Source of the DNA: a virus
Direction: 5' to 3' (one strand)
Length of the DNA: 64,000 bases
IMG/VR virus record: IMGVR_UViG_3300027973_000044
Coordinates: 1-64,000 of that record
The position numbers and the translations under genes were made by a program. This document shows positions 50,425 to 57,640 of the stretch, one piece after another. The notes under the pieces are model-generated. The model saw nothing but the letters and a program-made list of their open reading frames with translations. It did no database searches and was not told the DNA's origin. Each line of letters begins with the position of its first letter. Position 1 is the first letter of the stretch.

Positions 50425-52550
50425 GCAATTTTCTTTTTCATAACAAGTTTCACCAGGCAAACCATCATACCATTGCCACTCCTGGTCTTCCAGATAGTGC
50501 AACAGATCCCATTGCATCTCAGTCTGAACCATTTCAAGGAATATTCTACAATTACTTAAATGCTCTTGTGAATCTTTCTGCAATTGATGTTTCATATCTG
50601 GAAACATTCTTAACAGATTCTATCACCACATTTGATGGATTATCAGTCAACACAATTCAGAGCATATATGCTGCAATCACAGCTAATGTATTTACAAACA
50701 GTCAGCAGTGGTTTGAGATGTACACTAATATCAATGCATTGAGTACCATATATGGTCTGTATCCAACTGTTTCAACCACTGTGAACACATACAGTGGCAA
50801 CTGGAACTTGGGTTATGATTTTTATAGCAGTCTCAATGCATTGAGCGCAAATTATTTCTCCACATACACCATGGTTAACACTTATAGCGCCAATTGGCCG
50901 TTCATCGATACAACTCTGAGACTTAATTTGATGCAACAGAATACGCGTTCCAAGAATTTCAGCGGCGTTAATATTACCAGCATAAGTGTTAATACTGCTG
51001 GTGTTTCGGCATATTGGAATTTGAGTGCAGCACAGTGTGCATTTTTCAGGCTCACAGGTACTACAGTATTTAAGAATATAGTTAATTCCAATAACAAGAA
51101 AAAAGGTGGTGAGTATACCCTTGTGCTGCAGCAAGACGGGTTTGGAAGCAGAAGTGTTACATTTGAAAGTGATTATGTATTTCCAACTGTGTATTTGGGC
51201 ACAGTGTCTGCAGCCTCACTATATGGCACAGGGTACAACACTTCTGGTCAACTGGGCTTAGGAAATACTAGCAATAGAAATGTATTTACTGCATTAACTG
51301 GCAATTGGTCACAGGTGATTTGTAGTACTGCTCATACCATGGCTCAGAGTGCCGGTACCACCAATTGGTTTGGTACAGGGTATAATGGCTTTGGACAATT
51401 AGGCTTGAATGATAATAGCAACAGAAATGTATTTACTGCATTAACAGGCAATTGGTCACAGATGGTGTGTGGTGGTGCTTATACCATGGCTCAGAGTGCC
51501 GGTACCACCAATTGGTTTGGTGCGGGTTTTAATTTTAACGGTGCATTGGGCCTTGGGGATAATAGCGATAGAAATGCACTCACACCGCTCACAGGCAATT
51601 GGTCACAGATGGTGTGTGGTGGTGCTCATACCATGGCTCAGAGCGCTGGCACCACCAAATGGTTTGGCACAGGTAGTAATAGCCAAGGTCAATTGGGACT
51701 AGGCGATGATGGCGCTGGTACCAATAGAAATGTATTCACACCACTCACAGGCAATTGGTCACAGATGATATGTGGCAGGGCACACACCATGGCATTGTCT
51801 GCTGGTACCACCAAATGGTTTGGCACAGGTGCAAATGGTTACGGTCAACTGGGTCTAGATGATACTATCATCAGAAATGTATTTACTGCATTAACTGGCA
51901 ATTGGTCGCAGATGGTTTGTGGTGCAGAGCATACTATGGCGCTAAGTGCTAATAACAAGTGGTTCAGTACTGGTAGGAATGTTGAAGGTCAACTAGGTCT
52001 AAATGATAATAGCGATAGAAATGTATTTACTGCATTAACTGGCGATTGGTCGCAGATGGTGTGTGGTTATTCTCATACCATGACCCAGAGTGCAGGTACT
52101 ATCAAATGGTTTGGCACAGGACAAAATTTTTATGGTGAATTGGGTCTTAGTGACAATAGCAATAGAGATGTATTTACAATATTAACTGGTGATTGGTTAC
52201 AAATGGCAAGCTCTTGTAATTGTATTCATACTATGGCTTTTGATCTGACTACTACAGACTCATACAGGACCAATGTTGTTGCTCCAACTGCTCTGAGTGT
52301 GACTGTGATTCGCTTCACATGTGATGGGAGCAAGTTGTATGGCAAGCCAACACCTTATTATTATGAGAGAGACACAATTTGGACGTATTTTGCAGGCCCT
52401 GGTGATCTTCACACCCCCAGCCCGGCTGAATTCTATATCAATGATTACTTCATACCCATCAATGGACTCACAGTCGCAGGTGTGGTGGTCCCAGCACAAG
52501 GGTATTCTGATGGTGGTGGCATAACTGTAGTAGAGGGGCTTCCATCCTAA
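50421..52550 (+). CDS. Tail-fibre-like protein carrying a 7-blade RCC1/BLIP-II repeat propeller (candidate receptor-binding protein)
   Basis: Seven G.N..GQLGL....RNVFT.LTG.WSQ..CG..HTMA units; N- and C-terminal parts paralogous to 49669-50424. Confidence 0.8.
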   Translation: MSNFLFHNKFHQANHHTIATPGLPDSATDPIASQSEPFQGIFYNYLNALVNLSAIDVSYLETFLTDSITTFDGLSVNTIQSIYAAITANVFTNSQQWFEMYTNINALSTIYGLYPTVSTTVNTYSGNWNLGYDFYSSLNALSANYFSTYTMVNTYSANWPFIDTTLRLNLMQQNTRSKNFSGVNITSISVNTAGVSAYWNLSAAQCAFFRLTGTTVFKNIVNSNNKKKGGEYTLVLQQDGFGSRSVTFESDYVFPTVYLGTVSAASLYGTGYNTSGQLGLGNTSNRNVFTALTGNWSQVICSTAHTMAQSAGTTNWFGTGYNGFGQLGLNDNSNRNVFTALTGNWSQMVCGGAYTMAQSAGTTNWFGAGFNFNGALGLGDNSDRNALTPLTGNWSQMVCGGAHTMAQSAGTTKWFGTGSNSQGQLGLGDDGAGTNRNVFTPLTGNWSQMICGRAHTMALSAGTTKWFGTGANGYGQLGLDDTIIRNVFTALTGNWSQMVCGAEHTMALSANNKWFSTGRNVEGQLGLNDNSDRNVFTALTGDWSQMVCGYSHTMTQSAGTIKWFGTGQNFYGELGLSDNSNRDVFTILTGDWLQMASSCNCIHTMAFDLTTTDSYRTNVVAPTALSVTVIRFTCDGSKLYGKPTPYYYERDTIWTYFAGPGDLHTPSPAEFYINDYFIPINGLTVAGVVVPAQGYSDGGGITVVEGLPS
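51220..52240 (+). repeat. Seven tandem ~147-bp coding repeats (RCC1 blades)
   Basis: GG(C/T)(A/G)ATTGGT anchor at 51300, 51447, 51594, 51750, 51897, 52041, 52188; a 41-nt exact duplicate at 51334-51374 and 51481-51521. Confidence 0.9.
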
Positions 52551-52560
52551 ATAATAACAT

Positions 52561-53550
52561 ATGATGTCATGCAGCAATGTGGAACCAGTGAGTGCTTTTT
52601 ATAGCACCAATCTTCAATCCAAGATTGAAAGTTACGACAGATTGGGTGCACGCATTTGTCGTGCTCTTGGTGCACCATTGATCAACATTGAAATTCATGC
52701 AGATCAATTGAATGAGTTTATTAGCATTGCTTGTGAAATGTACACAAAGTTTGCAGGATACACACAAGAGTATCTGGTGTTTGATAGCAAGCTGTACGAC
52801 CCAGGTGCAGGCTTGCGACTGGATGTTCTTTTCAGTCTAACAAAAGATTTTAATTTTAGAGCCAGGTTTGAGAATGTTTCCAATGATATCAGAGCACTAT
52901 ACAACGTTGGAAGAATGGTCATTGGTGATCCAAAAAACCCATACTTGTATCAAGTGTTTGATCAAAACAAACCCAGAGAATTGGAATTGCTGAACAGCTA
53001 CGATTATTTGATTGATAGTTACCGCAAGGTAACAGATGTGTTGGATTTTGAAGAAGGAAGTTCAGATGGCATTAACACCCTGTTCACAATTGAACAATCT
53101 TTGGCGCAACAAACCTACTTCAGCTACTCTCTAGGCAATTATGGGTTTGATTTGATCAGTTGGTACACATTGAAAAATTGGCTTGATACCCGTGAAAAGG
53201 TTTTAGCATTGCGTCGTGATGTGCGCTTTGATCCACGCACACAATACATGCAAATGTTCCCTGAACCCCGCAACACACATTTCTATGGCATTGTGACTTG
53301 CTATGTGGAAAGACCTTTAACAGACATTATCAAAGAGCAGTGGGTGTATCAATATGCACTTGCATTGACTAAAATAGCCATTGGCACAGTGCGTGGCAAA
53401 TATCAAGGCACACAATTGTTTGGTGGTGGCATTATTAATGCTGCAATTCTGGAAGATGGTAAAACAGAAAGAACAGAATTGGAGAGAAAATTATACGAAA
53501 GTGCACCAGGATTCGGGGATGCAGCACCCCCAGAATTCTTTGTAGGTTAA
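52561..53550 (+). CDS. gp13: Neck protein (T4 gp13-like)
   Basis: RALGAPLINIEIHADQL, WVYQYALALTK...G.VRGKY...LFGGG.IN, PPEFFVG. Confidence 0.88.
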   Translation: MMSCSNVEPVSAFYSTNLQSKIESYDRLGARICRALGAPLINIEIHADQLNEFISIACEMYTKFAGYTQEYLVFDSKLYDPGAGLRLDVLFSLTKDFNFRARFENVSNDIRALYNVGRMVIGDPKNPYLYQVFDQNKPRELELLNSYDYLIDSYRKVTDVLDFEEGSSDGINTLFTIEQSLAQQTYFSYSLGNYGFDLISWYTLKNWLDTREKVLALRRDVRFDPRTQYMQMFPEPRNTHFYGIVTCYVERPLTDIIKEQWVYQYALALTKIAIGTVRGKYQGTQLFGGGIINAAILEDGKTERTELERKLYESAPGFGDAAPPEFFVG

Positions 53551-53551
53551 C

Positions 53552-54007
53552 TTGAAACTCACAGTCAAAAATACCAAGTATGTGCAAGGCATTTTCAAGC
53601 CCACACACATGGAGAAATACAAAGGCCATGATTTGCCCAGATATCTGAGCAGTTGGGAATTGAAATTGTTTCGCTGGTGTGATATGAATCCCAATGTGTT
53701 GGAATGGGGCAGTGAATCCATTGTTATTCCATATGAAAGTCCTATTGATAGAAAAGTGCACAGATACATTGTGGATGCAGTGGTGAAACTCAAGACTGCC
53801 ACCGGCATAAAGAAGTATCTCATAGAGGTAAAGCCCTACAAACAGACCATAAAACCAGAGCAAACCCCTGGCAAACACAAGAAGACGTTGCTTTATGAGC
53901 AATTGACCTATATACAGAATCAGGCGAAATGGGAAGCGGCTAAATTCTATGCAAAGAAATATGGCTTCGAATTCACCATTTTAACTGAAAAGGAACTCAG
54001 GAAATAA
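53552..54007 (+). CDS. gp4: Head completion nuclease (T4 gp4-like, TnsA-N fold)
   Basis: GIFKP...KYKG, YLSSWE, WCD.NPNVLEWGSE..IPY, HRY.VD, LIEVKP, NQAKWEAA, F.ILTEKEL. Confidence 0.9.
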   Translation: MKLTVKNTKYVQGIFKPTHMEKYKGHDLPRYLSSWELKLFRWCDMNPNVLEWGSESIVIPYESPIDRKVHRYIVDAVVKLKTATGIKKYLIEVKPYKQTIKPEQTPGKHKKTLLYEQLTYIQNQAKWEAAKFYAKKYGFEFTILTEKELRK

Positions 54008-54031
54008 GTGAAATCTGATATAAATAATAAT

Positions 54032-54706
54032 ATGGCCTTACGCTTATTAGTTGAGACACCAGCACCTGAAGACCAATACGAATACGTGGTCGAAGAAAAA
54101 AGTGGCAATCAACCCAGCACCATGTACATCAAGGGACCATACATGCAGTGTGAAGAGGTTAACAAGAACAAGAGAGTTTATGATTCCGGTGAAATGGACA
54201 AAGAAGTTAACCGTTACATCAATGAAATGGTGAGAACAAACCGTTCCATGGGCGAATTGAACCATCCCACGCAGGCTGAAGTTAACCTGGAGCGTGCCTG
54301 TCATTTGGTAACTGAACTCAACCGCAGTGGCAATGTTTATTATGGCAAATCCAAAGTGCTCACCACACCCATGGGACAGATTGTTAGAAGCTTGATCAAT
54401 GATGGTGTGCGTGTAGGCATGAGTTCTCGTGCCCTGGGAAAACTGGAAGAGTGTGGCAATGGTGTGAACCGCGTCAAGGACTTTCGTTTGGTTGCAGTGG
54501 ATTGTGTTGCTGATCCAAGTTTTCCCAAAGCTTTCGTCAATGGCATTCTTGAATCCAAGCAATTTGTAGTAACCCAAGATGGTCACTACGAAGAATATTA
54601 TGATTCATTTTCCGACAGACTTCGCAACCTGCCTCGCAGAGATGTTGAAGGTTATCTCAAAGAACAAATTCTGGAGTTCTTTGGCAAGATCAGCAAAGTG
54701 CTCTAA
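54032..54706 (+). CDS. gp21: Prohead core protease (T4 gp21-like)
   Basis: IKGPYMQ...NKNKRVY, GELNHP, TPMGQIV, GMSSRALG, DCVADPS; start ATG 54032 five nt after TATAAATA (54019-54026). Confidence 0.95.
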   Translation: MALRLLVETPAPEDQYEYVVEEKSGNQPSTMYIKGPYMQCEEVNKNKRVYDSGEMDKEVNRYINEMVRTNRSMGELNHPTQAEVNLERACHLVTELNRSGNVYYGKSKVLTTPMGQIVRSLINDGVRVGMSSRALGKLEECGNGVNRVKDFRLVAVDCVADPSFPKAFVNGILESKQFVVTQDGHYEEYYDSFSDRLRNLPRRDVEGYLKEQILEFFGKISKVL

Positions 54707-55080
54707 TGAATATCTCCCAGCCATTCACACCTGCTGTTATTTCGGTTGGTTCAACCCAACAAAAGCCTGAATTGGCTGCCCAACTGGCCATGAAGTCACA
54801 GAAGAAGATGAAACCTGCCATGGTTGTTGCGAAAGATGAAGAATGCTATGAAGATGAAACAGGTTATGTCAACATGTGCAAAAAATGTCGTAAAGATTCA
54901 CAGAATTTCGTAGGCGCGCACTATAAATATAACAGTATGCAAGAGAGAGTTAATATTGTCAACTTTTTAAAGTTTTTGAACGAGAAAAATTATGCTGAGG
55001 CGCATAAATATTTAAAGAAAGTTATGGAAATGAAATTAGCTAAGCGCATTGCACTAAATAAAAATGTGAGGTTATTTTAA
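54706..55080 (+). CDS. Small prohead-core-type protein (gp67/gp68 position); internal promoter and start at 54937
   Basis: TAATG coupling to gp21; internal TATAAATA at 54922-54929 then ATG 54937 giving a 47 aa helical product. Confidence 0.55.
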   Translation: MNISQPFTPAVISVGSTQQKPELAAQLAMKSQKKMKPAMVVAKDEECYEDETGYVNMCKKCRKDSQNFVGAHYKYNSMQERVNIVNFLKFLNEKNYAEAHKYLKKVMEMKLAKRIALNKNVRLF

Positions 55081-55083
55081 TTT

Positions 55084-55953
55084 ATGACAAAAGACATCAA
55101 AACTATTCTAAAAGAAGCAACACAAGATCTTCTCTCTGAGGAAGTTCTTAAGGAAATCGAAGCAGCATTTAATTCTGCTATTTCTGAAAAAGTGCAACTT
55201 CACGTTACAAAAGCTCTTACCGAACAAGATGAAGATTACAGCAGCAAGCTAGAGCATCTTCTGGAAACCATCGATGCAGATCATACATCCAAGCTCGAAA
55301 AAGTTGTTGAAGCCATTGATGCTAACCACACAGAGAAATTAAAAGCTCTTGTGGAGAAGTATAGCAACGCTCTCAGCAAAGAAGCCAAAGCTTTCAAAGA
55401 CAGCACCATTGACAATATTAGCACATACCTTGAAGCGTATATCGACGAGACATTGCCTGCTAATGAAATTAAGGATGCTGTTAAGAATCGCAGAGCCTTG
55501 GAGGTTCTCGATCAACTAAGATCCATTTTGGGCGTTGATGCCGCCCTGGCGAAAGAAAGTGTTCGCGAAGCCATCGTAGATGGAAAGCGTCAATTACAAG
55601 AAGCTTCTGAGAAGCTTGAAGCCGCTAACAAAGAGTTAGCTCAGGTTAAGGCACAACTCGCCACGCGTAATGCGGAACTTACACTCGAAAAGAAGACTGT
55701 AGGTTTATCCGCTCGCAAGAAAGAGTATGTGAACAAGGTGATGAAGACCAAGAGTAGCGAATTCATTACTGAGAACATTGATTATGCCTTGAGCTTATTC
55801 GATAAGACAGAAAAAGAGCGGCTTCAAAATATTAAAGAGGAAGCGGTGCAAGATGCAGCTGCAACACAAGTGGATCGTCCAGTAATGGAAGAGACAGAAG
55901 TTGTTGCTGAATCAGTCACCAACCCTTACCTCAAAGAACTTTCTAAGTACTAA
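55084..55953 (+). CDS. gp22: Prohead core scaffold protein (gp22-like)
   Basis: Acidic coiled-coil between protease and capsid; LSEE....I..AF, ISTYLEAYI.E, NPYLKEL end. Confidence 0.8.
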   Translation: MTKDIKTILKEATQDLLSEEVLKEIEAAFNSAISEKVQLHVTKALTEQDEDYSSKLEHLLETIDADHTSKLEKVVEAIDANHTEKLKALVEKYSNALSKEAKAFKDSTIDNISTYLEAYIDETLPANEIKDAVKNRRALEVLDQLRSILGVDAALAKESVREAIVDGKRQLQEASEKLEAANKELAQVKAQLATRNAELTLEKKTVGLSARKKEYVNKVMKTKSSEFITENIDYALSLFDKTEKERLQNIKEEAVQDAAATQVDRPVMEETEVVAESVTNPYLKELSKY

Positions 55954-56048
55954 TTAGTACTAGTAAAGAAGTTAAAGAGGCGCAAGCCTGATTTATATTG
56001 TAGATTTTATATATTCTACAGGTCGAAAATAAAGGAGAACTAATAATT

Positions 56049-57527
56049 ATGAAATCAATCAGACCTACACAGTCTTACATTGATGAGTCTCGCGCACAAG
56101 CGTTGCTCGAAAAGTGGAAACCAGTTTTGGATTACACTTCGGCCAACGTTAAAGCCATCGAAGATGATCATACTCGTTTGAACACAGCCATGCTCTTGGA
56201 AAACCAAGAAGCTTGGTGCGTCAATGAGGCTAATCAATCGGGTGGTGGTGCCGCTGGCACAGGTTCTGTCTTCGGCTCCAACGCCACAGGTAACTACGGG
56301 AACCAAATTCCCAATAGCTCACCTCAAGGTGATTGGTATGCTCAAGGCGATGCTCGTTTGCCTAAGATTCTCATTCCAATGATTCGTAGAACGTTCCCCG
56401 AGTTAATCACCAATGAAATTGTAGGCGTACAGCCCATGGGTGGACCAGTTGGTCTAGCCTTTGCTTTACGTTACAAGTATTCTCCATATCAGCTTGGCAA
56501 CGATGGCATCGATGGTTCCGGCACAAATGCTGGCAATCTTCTTGCCAATCCCCAACAAGCATCGCTTAACAAGGAGCTTGGTTACCAATACCTCGACACC
56601 CGCTACACTGGTACATCCAGCACCACCCTAACCGGTGGCGCACCTGGGACAGACGCCGCAAGCCTCTTCCCTTGGATCAACCAAGATAACGGTGTGGCTC
56701 AACTTCTCAGCCAGTTCGAATTGACGGGCAAAATCCCTCAGATCGAAGTCAGCTTTGAAAAGACAGCCGTCGAAGCCGGTACCCGCAGACTCGCTGCTCG
56801 CTGGTCGGTAGAACTCGAACAGGATCTTAAGAACATGAACGGTATTGATATCGATACTGAGCTCACCAACGCTATGTCGTATGAGCTACAGGCCGAAATC
56901 GACCGTGAAATGATCGCTCGCATGATCCAAGTCTCACTCAACGCTGGTGCTGGCACAGGATACTCCGTATGGAGCCCTGCTTCCGCAGACGGCCGTTGGT
57001 TGGTAGAGCGCAATCGCGATTTCTATCAGAGACTCATCATCGAGGCTAACAGAATTGCTGTTCGCAATCGTCGTGGTGCTGCCAACTTTATTGTTGCCAC
57101 ACCTCGCGTTTGCGCGATCCTCGAGATGCTTCCTGAGTTTCAATGGGTGCCAGTCCAAGGCAATGTCAACACTCAACCTGTTGGCGTAGCTAAGGTTGGT
57201 AACCTTGGTGGCAGATTCAACGTTTACCGTGATACACGTACAGAGGCCCAATATGAGGGTGGCTTACGTTCCGGTTACCGCGTTGAGTACGCTCTACTCG
57301 GATACAAAGGTCCGGAGTTTTATGACACTGGTATCATCTATTGCCCTTACATCCCTGTAATGGTACAGAGAACCATTGGTCCTAATGACTTCTCGCCACG
57401 CGTTGGCTTGCTAACTCGTTATGGCGTTGTTGACAATATCTTCGGTGCTAATCTATATTATCACACGATTCTATTGTCCGGACTTGGTCAAGCGTTCACA
57501 CCTGCAAGTGCTTCAGTTTATTTCTAA
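56049..57527 (+). CDS. gp23: Major capsid protein (T4 gp23-like)
   Basis: KWKPVL, LLENQ, LIPMIRR..P.LI...IVGVQPM.GP.GL.FALR, RRLAARWSVELEQDLK, EIDREMI, GYKG...YD.G..YCPY, GLLTRYG; AAGGAG SD. Confidence 0.97.
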   Translation: MKSIRPTQSYIDESRAQALLEKWKPVLDYTSANVKAIEDDHTRLNTAMLLENQEAWCVNEANQSGGGAAGTGSVFGSNATGNYGNQIPNSSPQGDWYAQGDARLPKILIPMIRRTFPELITNEIVGVQPMGGPVGLAFALRYKYSPYQLGNDGIDGSGTNAGNLLANPQQASLNKELGYQYLDTRYTGTSSTTLTGGAPGTDAASLFPWINQDNGVAQLLSQFELTGKIPQIEVSFEKTAVEAGTRRLAARWSVELEQDLKNMNGIDIDTELTNAMSYELQAEIDREMIARMIQVSLNAGAGTGYSVWSPASADGRWLVERNRDFYQRLIIEANRIAVRNRRGAANFIVATPRVCAILEMLPEFQWVPVQGNVNTQPVGVAKVGNLGGRFNVYRDTRTEAQYEGGLRSGYRVEYALLGYKGPEFYDTGIIYCPYIPVMVQRTIGPNDFSPRVGLLTRYGVVDNIFGANLYYHTILLSGLGQAFTPASASVYF

Positions 57528-57576
57528 AGCATTTGTTGGCAGCGAATAAGAAAAAATTCCCGGTACGTCCCGGTTT

Positions 57577-57606
57577 AAAAAGAGGCCTTTCGGGGCCTCT
57601 TTTTTT
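57577..57606 (+). terminator. Rho-independent terminator after the capsid gene
   Basis: AAAAAGAGGCCT-TTCG-GGGCCTC followed by a T run. Confidence 0.9.
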
Positions 57607-57626
57607 GTATTAAGCCAGTCAAAATA

Positions 57627-57634
57627 TATAAATA
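57627..57634 (+). promoter_or_regulatory. Late promoter TATAAATA
   Basis: Exact motif six nt before ATG 57641. Confidence 0.75.
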
Positions 57635-57640
57635 ATACAT

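Noticed and set aside
51220-52240. Diversity-generating retroelement (TR/VR) or CRISPR array
   Set aside because: The repeats are in-frame protein blades, differences are not confined to adenines, and no reverse transcriptase, non-coding template or cas gene is in the window
53552-54007. TnsA transposase or mobile element
   Set aside because: The TnsA-like fold here is the T4 gp4 head-completion nuclease in a head gene cluster; there are no other transposon genes or ends
56049-57527. Higher GC in the capsid gene as a sign of horizontal transfer
   Set aside because: Better explained by C-ending codon preference in a very highly expressed gene
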